Source: Dehalococcoidia bacterium
GTDB lineage: Bacteria > Chloroflexota > Dehalococcoidia > SM23-28-2 > RBG-16-64-32
Assembly (NCBI GenBank): GCA_034408935.1
Contig: DAOUMV010000013.1
Span: 50,759 to 114,758, forward strand
Direction of reading: 5' to 3'
Length of the DNA: 64,000 nt
Position numbers and translations under genes: made by a program. Under the pieces are notes generated by a model, which saw only the letters and a program-made list of their open reading frames with translations, did not search any database and was not told the DNA's origin. Below, piece after piece: positions 1 to 9,094 of the stretch (within the stretch, counting starts at the first letter, position 1; each line of letters begins with the position of its first letter).

Positions 1-51
1 GCCGCGGACGCGGTGGTGCTTCTCATACAGGATGTCCTGAAAGTCGCTCAT
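1..51 (-). CDS. Partial hypothetical protein (N-terminal 17 codons, MSDFQDILYEKHHRVRG...), continues beyond window start
   Basis: ATG with GGAGAGG Shine-Dalgarno ~8 nt upstream on minus strand; open to window edge. Confidence 0.3.
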   Translation of the reverse strand, partial: MSDFQDILYEKHHRVRG

Positions 52-93
52 GTCCTCTCCTTAGTGGAATGACGAACCATGGTCGAGGGTATT

Positions 94-169
94 GGTGCCC
101 CCAGCGGGATTCGAACCCGCGATCTCCACCTTGAAAGGGTGGCGTCCTGGGCCACTAGACTATGGGGGC
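94..169 (-). tRNA. tRNA-Glu (anticodon UUC)
   Basis: Cloverleaf read by eye: acceptor GCCCCCA/UGGGGGC, GGTTCGAATCC T-loop, anticodon loop CUUUCAA, CCA encoded. Confidence 0.85.
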
Positions 170-279
170 ATCGCTCATCCGATGGGGCCCCTCCCCAGCC
201 CACACCGGGCGCGGGGGTTGGCCCGATGGCATTCTACGGGATAGCGAGCCCGACTGACAAACGAGACTGGTGCCGGTAG

Positions 280-2145
280 TTAGTCTTGGGAGACAGGCTC
301 CGGCTCCACCGGCGGCCCTGGGTCCAGGACGTTGGCGATGACCGCTCGCAGAGAACCCTCTTTATCCCGGCTGGCCCAGATGAACACGCGGCTTCCCTCC
401 TGGGGCTCCCCCACGACCACCGTCCGTTCATCCATCTGCACTGGGATCAGGCCGACTTGCCAGGTGCCGTCCTCGTCGATCGATCCGATCTGGCCGCGGA
501 GGAGCACGAAGCCCTCGCGCTCGGGAGCGAAGGTGGCCAGCACCGTCTCCGCCACCAGAGCATCACCCACACGACGCGCCTCAACACTGACCAGGCTGCC
601 CACCTCCGGAGCCGCAGCATCGGGGGGTGCCTCCATCTTCACACCGCTGACCGTCCAGATCTCTTCGTCCCCCGCCTCGAACACCCCTTCCACACGGATG
701 GTGTCGTCTTCTTCAAGCCCTTCCCCCACCTCTTCCCCCGAGTCACCGGCAAGAACTACGATCCTCTGGGCCACCAGCTCGCCGTCTTCGACCACTGCCT
801 CCACACGGGCACGGGCGTCCATGGCCAGAGCCCCGGCCTGCGCGTCCAGCTCCGTGTCAGGAGTGACCAGGAAGCGCTGGCCACCGACAAGCCAATCGCC
901 AGCGGCGTCCGCGGTGCTAATCTCCTCCCCGATGGTGCCTTCATAAGCGAGGAGAGCGGAGGCGTGCTCCGCCGGGTCACTCACGGGCCCCTGTTCCACG
1001 CTTGCGGCGACAGGCTGGCCGCCCTCCTTCTCCACCTCCACCGTGACTTCCACCTGCTGACCGCGCAGCGGCTTGCGCTTGAGCAGTGTCGTATCGGTGA
1101 TGGCGATGCTCTGGCCGCCAATGACCACCTCGTCGTCGCTCGCTTCCTCCACGATGCCTGACAGCACATACTGCTGCTGGGGCTGCTGGCGGTCAGCGAC
1201 GGTCGTGCTGAGGGCCAGCAGACGGCCGTTTGCGCCCCTGGCAGCGATGACCTGGACCGTCTGGCCAGGCTCAAGGTCGTCCGGCTCTCCCAGCGTCCCA
1301 GGGGCCAGCCGCACCTCCACGCCACCGAACAGCCACAGCCCATCAGCCGCAGGCTCAGCCTGCCCCGCGATGTTGATGACCCCGGCGGCCAGATCGTCCG
1401 GTGCGACGGATCCCGGCCTGCCGGTGGTTCTCAGTTGCGCGTTGTGCAGGGTGGCCACCGCCTCGGCGTAGTCACCGCGCGCGGACTCCGAGAGGTCGCC
1501 CCACAAGGCCAGCAGCAGGCGTTCTTGGGCCGCCGACTGCTGTTCGGCACGTCGCAGCGCCGGCTTGTCGGGGTGATCCTCCAGAATTCGTACCGCCCGT
1601 GCGTTGCGCTCGCGAAGGGCACGGAGAACGTTTCCGGGGACCGGCTTGTCGCTGCGAACCATCTCGACTATCTCGTCCGTGCGCTCATTCGACTGGTCGA
1701 GGAGCATCTCTGCCTTGTGGACATCGTCGAAGACGAACCACAGCCGCACCTCCTCAGTTGCCAGCTTCACGCGATACAGAGGGCTGTCCGGAAGGGCGTC
1801 CTGGGACGCGTAGACAGTGGCACCACCGGACACCAGTATCGCCAACACGACTGCGGCGGCAATGGCCAGCGGCCGCATCCAGGGGATGCTAATGCTAATG
1901 GAGAGGCGGGGCCTCCGTCCCAGTCGTATGTCCTCCGCCCGTGCGCGGAAGTGCTGCCAGGCGGCGCTTTGGGCACGCGGGCGGGGCTCGTGCCGCGGCG
2001 TCAGGCTCAGTCGCTGCGCCAGGAGGAGATGGGTACGTAGCTCCTGGGCGTGCTTTGGATAGCGGGACAGGCACGCCTCCAGGCTTTCGCCCCGGCTGAG
2101 GGCGGCCAGGCATTCGTCCAGGATGGAAGCCAAGCCCTGGGCCAT
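280..2145 (-). CDS. Putative anti-sigma factor, single TM helix, large extracytoplasmic domain (621 aa)
   Basis: N-terminal anti-sigma-like region, TM segment PLAIAAAVVLAILVSGG, start overlaps stop of upstream ECF sigma gene. Confidence 0.6.
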   Translation of the reverse strand: MAQGLASILDECLAALSRGESLEACLSRYPKHAQELRTHLLLAQRLSLTPRHEPRPRAQSAAWQHFRARAEDIRLGRRPRLSISISIPWMRPLAIAAAVVLAILVSGGATVYASQDALPDSPLYRVKLATEEVRLWFVFDDVHKAEMLLDQSNERTDEIVEMVRSDKPVPGNVLRALRERNARAVRILEDHPDKPALRRAEQQSAAQERLLLALWGDLSESARGDYAEAVATLHNAQLRTTGRPGSVAPDDLAAGVINIAGQAEPAADGLWLFGGVEVRLAPGTLGEPDDLEPGQTVQVIAARGANGRLLALSTTVADRQQPQQQYVLSGIVEEASDDEVVIGGQSIAITDTTLLKRKPLRGQQVEVTVEVEKEGGQPVAASVEQGPVSDPAEHASALLAYEGTIGEEISTADAAGDWLVGGQRFLVTPDTELDAQAGALAMDARARVEAVVEDGELVAQRIVVLAGDSGEEVGEGLEEDDTIRVEGVFEAGDEEIWTVSGVKMEAPPDAAAPEVGSLVSVEARRVGDALVAETVLATFAPEREGFVLLRGQIGSIDEDGTWQVGLIPVQMDERTVVVGEPQEGSRVFIWASRDKEGSLRAVIANVLDPGPPVEPEPVSQD

Positions 2146-2771
2146 CAGCGGCCCTCCCCCGACATGATGCGTCGCAGCGAGTTCAGCGCCCGGTGCTGGA
2201 GCGACTTAACCGCGCCCTCACTGCGGCGGAGGATGCGAGCGATGGAAGGATTGTCGAACCCCTCGATGAACTTGAGGACGATCACCTGCCTCTGCTCGTC
2301 CGTCAGGTACTTCAAGGCGAGATGGAGTTGTCCGCGATCAAGAGCCCGTTCAGCCAGGACCTCGGGGCTGATCTGCACGGAGGCCAGCGGCCCCGTCAGG
2401 TCCACCTCGCCACGCCGCTTGCGGCGACGGTGCAGGTCAATCAATCGGTTGCGAGCGATGCGGAACACCCACGCCGAGAAAGGCGTCCCTCTGAATCGGT
2501 AATTGCGGATGGACTCCAAGACCTTGAGCATGACTTCGGAGGCCAGATCCTCGGCAGCCTGAATGTCCCCCAATTGGAGGAAGGCGTAGTTGTAGATCTT
2601 GGGATAGTAGGTGGAGTACAGATCGGCAAGGGCGCTCTCTTGTAGGGCCTGAGCGCGCTGAACTAACTCCCACTCCCGCAGGATGTGGTCGCTGGCGGCC
2701 TCGGCGGCTGGCGCGTCAGCCGGCAGATCCCGGGGCTTTTCCACTAATCCAGACAAAGCCTCTGCATACAT
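2145..2771 (-). CDS. ECF-family RNA polymerase sigma-70 factor
   Basis: Sigma-70 region 2 (YYPKIYNYAFLQLGD, FSAWVFRIARNRLIDLHR) and region 4 HTH; translationally coupled to downstream anti-sigma. Confidence 0.85.
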   Translation of the reverse strand: MYAEALSGLVEKPRDLPADAPAAEAASDHILREWELVQRAQALQESALADLYSTYYPKIYNYAFLQLGDIQAAEDLASEVMLKVLESIRNYRFRGTPFSAWVFRIARNRLIDLHRRRKRRGEVDLTGPLASVQISPEVLAERALDRGQLHLALKYLTDEQRQVIVLKFIEGFDNPSIARILRRSEGAVKSLQHRALNSLRRIMSGEGR

Positions 2772-2845
2772 GGCCGCACAACCACTAGGAGAACGTGCGG
2801 CCGCTGGCTACGGATACGGGTTGGATTCACGAGCGGTTACCCTTC

Positions 2846-3118
2846 CTATGACAGTCCCAACAGCGTGAGGCGCGCGCGGTCGTAGCGCTCCTTTGCGCGT
2901 GCCTCGCGGTTGAGCAGCGCTTTAAGCTTCGGGGGCTCCCGTCGCTCTCCCTCAAGCAACACACGATGGACGGCCTGGAGCTGGACCTGCCAGGCCTCGT
3001 AGGCCTTCAAGTATTCCCGCTTGCGATCGTACATAACCTTGCCTGATGGGGCTCTGCCATAGTACCTGCTGGAGGTGGAAGCATGCAAGGAAAGGGTGGG
3101 CTTTCGCTGAGTCGACAC
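2846..3118 (-). CDS. Small basic hypothetical protein (possibly starts at internal Met ~3037)
   Basis: ORF upstream of sigma operon in lower-GC patch; coiled-coil-like basic sequence; no homolog recognised. Confidence 0.3.
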   Translation of the reverse strand: MSTQRKPTLSLHASTSSRYYGRAPSGKVMYDRKREYLKAYEAWQVQLQAVHRVLLEGERREPPKLKALLNREARAKERYDRARLTLLGLS

Positions 3119-3172
3119 AGTAGGTCTGGGTAAGGACGCGCATACCGTCCAAGCGCGCCAGCTAGATCGACG

Positions 3173-4855
3173 CTACAGCCAGCGGGAGCTGATGTCGCCG
3201 TCGATGACGATGTCCACCACCCGTGGCTCCTGCGCCGCCTGCGCTTCCCGAACTGCATCACCGATCTGGTCCGGGTGCTCGACGCGGACCCCTTCGACGC
3301 CGAAGGAGGCAGCGATGCGTGAGAAGTCCAGCGGCGGGTCTGTGAGGTCCATAGCGATAGAGCGACGGCCGGGAGCGTCTCCACCCAGGTACTCCAGCAT
3401 GTTGAGCTTGAGGATGCGATAGGACGCGTTGTTGGCGACGACCCAAGTGACCGGGACGCTGTGGTGGGCAGCCGTCCACAACGCCTGGATGGTGTACAGA
3501 GCGGCGCCGTCACCGATGACGGAGAGGACGGGCCGATCCGGGCGCGCTAGCTTGATTCCGATCGGGTTGGGCATGCCCGGGCCCAGCCCGCCGCCGGCGG
3601 CCCGGTAGTGCGTTCCCGGCTCCGACATACGCAGGTGGCGCATGACGAAGCCGCCCGTCGTTATGGACTCGTCAAACAGGACGGTGCCGGGGGCGATGGC
3701 GCCAGCCAGCTCCTTGGCCATCCGGGCGGGCGCTATGGGCACGCCGTCCCACTTGGCCTGCGCGGAGGAGTCCATAGCCTGCATCGTCTGGCGAACCATC
3801 TCCTGGATCGCCTGAGCGCGGCGCTGGGCCGCGTCACGGTAGTCGGGGGTCAGGTGCTTCTGAAGTGCGGCCAGCAAATCGGCCAAGGCCATCTTGGGAT
3901 CGGCCATGATGCCGTGCTGGACGGGCCAGTTCTTGGATATCTCCCACGGATTGAGATCGATATGGATTACGGGGGCCCGCGGTGGGAAGGGCGGCTCGGC
4001 GAAGGGGAAGAGGAGGGTGAGAATCGGGGTGCCCACGGCCAGGACGACATCAGCCCCGGAGAGCTGACTTCGTAAGGCGGGCTCCGAGATCACATTCAAC
4101 AGGCCAGCATACAGGGGATGGTCGGCGGGAAAGGGCATCTCCGCGGCGAAGGAGGAGTGCACGCGGGCGCCCAGCGTCTCTGCAAGCCGGACGAGCTCCG
4201 ATTGCGCGCCTGATGTGGCGACGCCCGCCCCGCAGACGATGACGGGCGTTTGCGCATCGATCAGAACCTGGGCGATCCGCTCGACCGCCTCCGGGTCAGG
4301 GCGGATACGGGTGTTGGTGTAGGCCGTGGGGACGGTGTCTACCTCCGCCTCTTCGTCCATGACGTTGGTGGGTATGGACAGAAAGACGGGTCCCCGCGGC
4401 GGCTCCATGGCCGCCTTGAACGCGCGACGCAGCAGCACAGGGATCTCGCCAGCGTCCTCGACATGAGCCGCCCACTTCGTCACGGGTTCCGCCATGCGCA
4501 CCAGATCGCCGAAGAGGATGGGCTCCTGAGAGCTCCCGTGCTGGGGGTGCTGGCCGGCATAGACCACCATGGGGGTCTGGGTACGGTAGGCGTTGTAGAG
4601 CATCCCCATAGCGTTGCCCAGGCCGGGGTTGATATGCAGTTGGACGAAGGAGGGCCGGTCCGTGGCCCGGGAGTAGCCGTCGGCGATGCCCACGGCCACG
4701 GACTCGTGCAGGGCCAGGATGTACTGGAGTTGGGGGTAGTCCTGTAGGGCATCGATGAACGCCTCCTCCGTGGTGCCGGGATTGCCGAAGATGTGGGTGA
4801 CGCCATCAGTCACCAACTGCTCCAAGAAAGCGTAGCGGCCGGTCAGCCTGGGCAT
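3173..4855 (-). CDS. Thiamine pyrophosphate-dependent enzyme (acetolactate synthase large subunit / benzoylformate decarboxylase family)
   Basis: TPP N-terminal, central and C-terminal domain motifs (GNPGTTEE..., GxGxxG-like, GDGA...N TPP-binding motif GDGAALYTIQALWTAAHHSVPVTWVVANN); start set at MPRLTG to avoid tRNA overlap. Confidence 0.8.
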   Translation of the reverse strand: MPRLTGRYAFLEQLVTDGVTHIFGNPGTTEEAFIDALQDYPQLQYILALHESVAVGIADGYSRATDRPSFVQLHINPGLGNAMGMLYNAYRTQTPMVVYAGQHPQHGSSQEPILFGDLVRMAEPVTKWAAHVEDAGEIPVLLRRAFKAAMEPPRGPVFLSIPTNVMDEEAEVDTVPTAYTNTRIRPDPEAVERIAQVLIDAQTPVIVCGAGVATSGAQSELVRLAETLGARVHSSFAAEMPFPADHPLYAGLLNVISEPALRSQLSGADVVLAVGTPILTLLFPFAEPPFPPRAPVIHIDLNPWEISKNWPVQHGIMADPKMALADLLAALQKHLTPDYRDAAQRRAQAIQEMVRQTMQAMDSSAQAKWDGVPIAPARMAKELAGAIAPGTVLFDESITTGGFVMRHLRMSEPGTHYRAAGGGLGPGMPNPIGIKLARPDRPVLSVIGDGAALYTIQALWTAAHHSVPVTWVVANNASYRILKLNMLEYLGGDAPGRRSIAMDLTDPPLDFSRIAASFGVEGVRVEHPDQIGDAVREAQAAQEPRVVDIVIDGDISSRWL

Positions 4856-4943
4856 GGCAGGCGCTCCTTTCGAGGGATAATGCGGGCAGACGGCAGGGCG
4901 ATAGGGCGAGGCGACAGGCGCCTCGCCCCAATTTGTGGCTGTC

Positions 4944-5020
4944 TGGTGGCGCATGCGGGATTCGAACCCGCGATCTCCGCCTTGAGAGGGCGGTGTCCTG
5001 GGCCACTAGACGAATGCGCC
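4944..5020 (-). tRNA. tRNA-Glu (anticodon CUC)
   Basis: Acceptor GGCGCAU/AUGCGCC, T-loop GGTTCGAATCC, anticodon loop CUCUCAA, CCA encoded. Confidence 0.8.
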
Positions 5021-5025
5021 GCAAC

Positions 5026-5099
5026 TGGCTGCGGGACTAGGATTCGAACCTAGACTAACTGATCCAGAGTCAGTCGTGCTACCGTTACACAATCCCGCA
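5026..5099 (-). tRNA. tRNA-Gln (anticodon CUG)
   Basis: Acceptor UGCGGGA/UCCCGCA, anticodon stem ACUGA/UCAGU with loop CUCUGGA, T-loop GGTTCGAATCC. Confidence 0.8.
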
Positions 5100-5110
5100 A
5101 CGTCACGGCG

Positions 5111-5116
5111 ATTGTA
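5111..5116 (-). promoter_or_regulatory. -10 element (TACAAT) of tRNA-Gln/Glu operon promoter
   Basis: TACAAT ~11 nt upstream of tRNA-Gln 5' end on minus strand with TTGTGT-like -35 at 17-nt spacing. Confidence 0.45.
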
Positions 5117-5164
5117 TCAAAGGGCTAGAGCGGACACAAACAGGAGGGAGGGGAACGCCCAGCG

Positions 5165-5194
5165 GTTGACAAATGTGGTGATTGTGGTATATGT
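5165..5194 (+). promoter_or_regulatory. TetR gene promoter (TTGACA -35, TATATG/TATGTA -10)
   Basis: Consensus TTGACA with 17-18 nt spacer to AT-rich -10, immediately upstream of palindromic operator. Confidence 0.55.
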
Positions 5195-5212
5195 ATAGCG
5201 AGCGCTCGCTAT
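5195..5212. promoter_or_regulatory. Perfect 18-bp palindromic operator ATAGCGAGCGCTCGCTAT
   Basis: Perfect inverted repeat overlapping TSS region 18 nt upstream of TetR start codon: classic TetR autoregulatory operator. Confidence 0.7.
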
Positions 5213-5229
5213 GACGCGCGGGGCCCAAA

Positions 5230-5898
5230 ATGCCAAAACTCAAGCCGGAAGAGGTGGAGCGCCGGCGGCAGGAGATTATTGACGCCGCCCGCTGCTGCTT
5301 CCTGCGCAACGGCTTCCACCAGACCACGACCGACGAGATCTGCCACGAGGCGGCTATCACCCCTGGCGGCCTCTACCACTACTTCGGTAGCAAGGAAGAG
5401 ATCATCAGCGCCGTCATCGAGGACACGGCGCGAGCCACCGTCGAAAACCTGAGGTCAACTGCGGAAGCGTCAGGTGACGTGCGCTCGGCAATTCAGGCTC
5501 TGGCCTCGGAGTTCTTCGAGCGAGCACGCGACCCTCAGATCGAGAACACGACCCAACTGGACCTGGAGATCTGGGCTGAGGCACTGCGAAATGAGAAGCT
5601 CGCGAAGATCACGCGGGGAGGCCGGGCGCTGCGGCGGCAGTGGCTAGAGTCCCTGATCCGCAACGGGAAATCACAGGGACCCTACACCAACCAGGTCGAC
5701 CCCAAGGGATTCGCCGATCTAATCATGGCGATCTTCGACGGGTTGCGCCTGGGCAGGTTACTGTGGCGGGACGACTTCGACCTGGAGGGTGCTCTCCAGT
5801 CGCTAGTCCTGATGTACACTGGCCGCCTCACCAACGGGACGGACATCGCCCGGGCACCGGAGGTAGCACGCTCGAGCAGAGGCCGCAGATCAGGCTAG
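5230..5898 (+). CDS. TetR/AcrR family transcriptional regulator
   Basis: N-terminal TetR HTH (RRRQEIIDAARCCFLRNGFHQTTTDEICHEAAITPGGLYHYFGSKEEI). Confidence 0.9.
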   Translation: MPKLKPEEVERRRQEIIDAARCCFLRNGFHQTTTDEICHEAAITPGGLYHYFGSKEEIISAVIEDTARATVENLRSTAEASGDVRSAIQALASEFFERARDPQIENTTQLDLEIWAEALRNEKLAKITRGGRALRRQWLESLIRNGKSQGPYTNQVDPKGFADLIMAIFDGLRLGRLLWRDDFDLEGALQSLVLMYTGRLTNGTDIARAPEVARSSRGRRSG

Positions 5899-6009
5899 CG
5901 TTTAGAAAGGGGTCGCCCGGGTCGCGCGATCCTCCCTTTGGGCCATGGCGACCCGGGCGCCAAGTCGAGGCCGCCGTGGGAACAGCCACGGCGGCCTCTG
6001 AACGTCTCT

Positions 6010-6049
6010 GGGGCTGGGGTAAGCCCCTGGGGGTGCGGCAACCCCTTTT
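6010..6049 (+). terminator. Rho-independent terminator (two tandem GC hairpins followed by TTTT)
   Basis: GGGGCT-ggggta-AGCCCC then GGGGT-gcggca-ACCCC followed by TTTTG. Confidence 0.5.
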
Positions 6050-6208
6050 GCGAGACGCCTAAGTTAGGGCCAGCCCCGGCCGCCAGGACAGCCAAGACGC
6101 GCGAGGCCAAGACAGGCGGGACCGGGGACCACTTGACGGCCGAGGCTGGAACTTGCTTACGCGTTCTCAAAATCTCTCCATCCATATCATGTAATCGGAA
6201 TCATGAGT

Positions 6209-6236
6209 ATTGTAAGGCACCAGCGGCACGAGTCAA
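6209..6236 (-). promoter_or_regulatory. Strong sigma-70-like promoter on minus strand (TTGACT-N16-TACAAT) firing toward lower coordinates
   Basis: Near-consensus hexamers with 16-nt spacer in AT-rich segment just downstream of gltX stop. Confidence 0.5.
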
Positions 6237-6264
6237 GAGGTTTGAGAGGAAAAGAGAGAATTAT

Positions 6265-6302
6265 ATAGCGAGCGCTCATAATACCGAGAAAGCGCTCGCT
6301 AT
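6265..6302. promoter_or_regulatory. Second, split copy of the TetR-type operator (ATAGCGAGCGCTC ...13 nt... AGCGCTCGCTAT)
   Basis: Both half-sites of the 5195-5212 palindrome recur with a 13-nt insertion; overlaps gltX stop codon. Confidence 0.45.
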
Positions 6303-7807
6303 GTACCTCCTGACGTCGCCTCCGTGCCCAGCCGCCGTAGGGCGGATTCAAGCCGCTCCAGGGTCCGCTCGCGGCCCAGGAGCTCCATCGTCTCGAACAG
6401 GGGCGGCGCCGCTTTCCTGCCCGTCACGGCTACGCGGATGAGGCCGAACAGGTCTCCCGTTTTCAGCGCAAGCTCCTCGGCCAGGGGGCGGATGGCGCCC
6501 TCGAGCGGCTCGTGGTCCCAAGGCTGGACATCGCTGCTGCGCCGCAACACCGTCTCCAGCGCACGGCTAGCAGACGCGGGGTCGTGGGCGAACTTCTTGC
6601 CCAGCAACATCTCTGTCTCGTAATTCAGCTCCCCCTCGACGAAGAAGAAGCCCGCCATCGCGTCGGCCTCGGTCAGCAGCTTGATGCGCTCGCGGATGAG
6701 GGGTACGACGCGCCGCAGCAAGTCGGGATCCACCTGCCTCCCCGGGGCCTGCTCCAAGAAGGGCGCTGTACGCTCCGCCAGCTCCTCTGCCGGCAGCTCT
6801 CGGATGTACACACCGTTCATCCAGGTGAGCTTGTCGAAGTTGAACACCGCCGGGTTGGCGAGGACCCGGTCCAGGGTGAAGTGGTGGACAAACGTCTTGC
6901 GGTCGATGATCTCGGTGTGGTCGTCCAGCGACCAGCCGAGGAGACCCAGGAAGTTGAACAGCGCCTCGGGCAGGAAACCGCCCTCGCGGAACTCCCGGAT
7001 GGAGGTATCGCCGTGACGCTTGGAGAGCTTGGCGCGGTCCGGGCCCAGAATCATGGGCAGGTGGGCGAAGGTGGGCGGCTCCCAGCCGAACGCCTTGTAG
7101 AGGAGGACGTGGCGGGGCGTGCTGGACAGCCACTCGTCGCCGCGCAGGACGTGGGTGATGCTCATCAGATGATCGTCGACGACGTTGGCCAGGTGGTAGA
7201 CGGGGAACCCATCCGACTTCAGCAGAACGAAGTCGTCCAGGGTATCGTTCTCGAATGCGATGTCGCCGCGGATGAGGTCATGGAAGACGGTCCGCCCGGA
7301 AAGGGGCGTCCTGAAGCGTACGACGGCAGGCAGCCCCTCTGACTCGAGCCTCCGCCGTTCGGCCTCCGGGAGGTCGCGGCAGTGGCGGTCGTACTTGGGG
7401 GGCCGCTTGCGCCGCTGGAGGTCCTTGCGCACGGTCTCCAACCGCTCCGCCGTGCAGTAGCAACGATAGGCCTGTCCGGCCTCCACGAGCTGGGCGACGT
7501 GACGCTCGTATATCTCCAGACGACGGGACTGGACGTACGGCCCCCGGTCGCCGATGTCGCGACCGGGGTCGGAGGGGTCCGGCCCTTCGTCGAAGTCCAG
7601 GCCCAGCCAGGCCAGCGACTCGAATATGGCCTGCTCGGCTCCCTCGACGTACCGTGCGCGGTCGGTGTCCTCCAGGCGGACGATGAAGGCGCCGCCCTCG
7701 TGGCGGGCGAACAGCCAGTTGAAGAGGGCGGTACGGATGTTGCCCACGTGGGGCTCGCCGGTGGGCGCTGGGGCGAAGCGGACGCGAACGAACATGGCGG
7801 GGCTCAT
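6299..7807 (-). CDS. gltX: Glutamyl-tRNA synthetase
   Basis: HIGH motif (PTGEPHVGNIRTAL), KMSKS-like KLSKRHG, class I aaRS catalytic domain; alternative start at MFVRV (7795). Confidence 0.92.
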   Translation of the reverse strand: MSPAMFVRVRFAPAPTGEPHVGNIRTALFNWLFARHEGGAFIVRLEDTDRARYVEGAEQAIFESLAWLGLDFDEGPDPSDPGRDIGDRGPYVQSRRLEIYERHVAQLVEAGQAYRCYCTAERLETVRKDLQRRKRPPKYDRHCRDLPEAERRRLESEGLPAVVRFRTPLSGRTVFHDLIRGDIAFENDTLDDFVLLKSDGFPVYHLANVVDDHLMSITHVLRGDEWLSSTPRHVLLYKAFGWEPPTFAHLPMILGPDRAKLSKRHGDTSIREFREGGFLPEALFNFLGLLGWSLDDHTEIIDRKTFVHHFTLDRVLANPAVFNFDKLTWMNGVYIRELPAEELAERTAPFLEQAPGRQVDPDLLRRVVPLIRERIKLLTEADAMAGFFFVEGELNYETEMLLGKKFAHDPASASRALETVLRRSSDVQPWDHEPLEGAIRPLAEELALKTGDLFGLIRVAVTGRKAAPPLFETMELLGRERTLERLESALRRLGTEATSGGT

Positions 7808-7895
7808 TCTAGCAAGAATGGCAGGCTGGTCACAGCGTCGGCGGGGTCAGGACGCCTTGAACCAGAGGCCAGGAGTCGCTACCTTGACTCTCGAC

Positions 7896-8186
7896 ATGCA
7901 GGGCGTGATCGAGGTCGACCCTGAGCGCATCGAGACGCTGTACGCCGGCGGCATGGAGCTGCCGTACGTACAGTTCGGGCAGGTGGAGCCGGCGTTGAAG
8001 CTCGTGTACGGCGGCGAGGACTACTGGTACGTGCGCACCCTCCCCCTGAAGGGCTACGGCGCGGTGATGGCTCGGCACATCAGCGAGCTGCAAACTGACA
8101 GCAAGAAGCCGATCCTCGCCCGCTTCCACGACCGCATCTACATCTACGCCACAGGGGTCACGCCTATCGGCGCCGCCAGGAAGTAG
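7896..8186 (+). CDS. Hypothetical protein (96 aa)
   Basis: ORF with high GC3 coding bias starting at ATG after gltX; no recognised domain. Confidence 0.45.
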   Translation: MQGVIEVDPERIETLYAGGMELPYVQFGQVEPALKLVYGGEDYWYVRTLPLKGYGAVMARHISELQTDSKKPILARFHDRIYIYATGVTPIGAARK

Positions 8187-8197
8187 CGGCCCGGGCG

Positions 8198-9094
8198 CTA
8201 GCCGCGCAGGCTGCGCAGCGCCGCTCGCAAGTCCGCTGGCAGCGGCGACTCGAACTCCACCAGGCGGCCGCTAGACGGCAGCTCGAAGGCCAGCCGCCAG
8301 GCGTGCAAGAACTGCCGCCCCACCAGCGGCGAGCGCCTCCCGTAGACGCCGTCGCCGACCACCGGGTGACCGATGGCGGCCAGATGAACACGTACCTGGT
8401 GAGTTCGCCCCGTTACCGGCTCCACCTCCAGGAGGGCGAACCGGTCCAGCGCCTCGCGTACGCGGTACTTCGTCTCCGCCTCGCGACCGCCGGCCACCAC
8501 CGCCATCTTCTTGCGGTTCCGGGGGTGTCGGCCGATGGGCGCTTCGATTGTGCCCTCAGGCGGCTGAGGCGACCCCTGCACCAGCGCAAGGTAAGTCTTG
8601 TGCACCTCTCGTTCCTTGAGCTGATGGGTCAGGCTGGCCCGGGCGCGCTCGCTCCTGGCGACGACCAACAGCCCCGAGGTGTCCCTGTCCAGACGATGGA
8701 CGATCCCCGGCCGCATCGCCTCTCGCGCCTCCGCCAACTCCGGCGCGATGGCCAGCAGGGCGTTCACCAGCGTGCCGCTGGGGTGCCCCGGCGCCGGGTG
8801 TACGGTGAGCCCCGCCGGCTTGTCCACGACGATGACGTCTTCGTCCTGGTAGATGACTGTGAGCGGGATGGGTTCCGCCGCCGGTTTCGCCTCCTCCACG
8901 GGGGGCAGGGTCGCCTCGACGCGCGCGCCGGAGACGAGGTTGTGGGAGGGGCGCTCCCGCCTGCCGTCCACTGTCACCAGCCCCTCGTCGATGAGGCGAC
9001 GAGCGTGGCTGCGGGACAGGCCGTCCACGCGGCGGGCCAGGAAGACGTCCAGCCTCTCGCCCGGCCTATCCGCCGCCAGTTCCAGCGTCTTCAT
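8198..9094 (-). CDS. rluD: RluA-family 23S rRNA pseudouridine synthase (RluD-like) with S4 domain
   Basis: S4 RNA-binding N-terminus, catalytic HRLDRDTSGLLVVAR motif. Confidence 0.88.
   Translation of the reverse strand: MKTLELAADRPGERLDVFLARRVDGLSRSHARRLIDEGLVTVDGRRERPSHNLVSGARVEATLPPVEEAKPAAEPIPLTVIYQDEDVIVVDKPAGLTVHPAPGHPSGTLVNALLAIAPELAEAREAMRPGIVHRLDRDTSGLLVVARSERARASLTHQLKEREVHKTYLALVQGSPQPPEGTIEAPIGRHPRNRKKMAVVAGGREAETKYRVREALDRFALLEVEPVTGRTHQVRVHLAAIGHPVVGDGVYGRRSPLVGRQFLHAWRLAFELPSSGRLVEFESPLPADLRAALRSLRG

Noticed and set aside
286-1161. Plus-strand ORFs (286..1161, 332..946, 1435..2040 etc.) antisense to the anti-sigma gene
   Set aside because: Arg/Pro/Ala-rich shadow ORFs typical of high-GC antisense frames; no RBS, and they overlap a strongly supported gene.
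5938-6441. 167-aa plus-strand and 96-aa minus-strand ORFs in the TetR-gltX intergenic region
   Set aside because: Both are compositionally non-coding (no coding bias, no RBS). The region is better explained by a terminator, the split operator and an antisense promoter.
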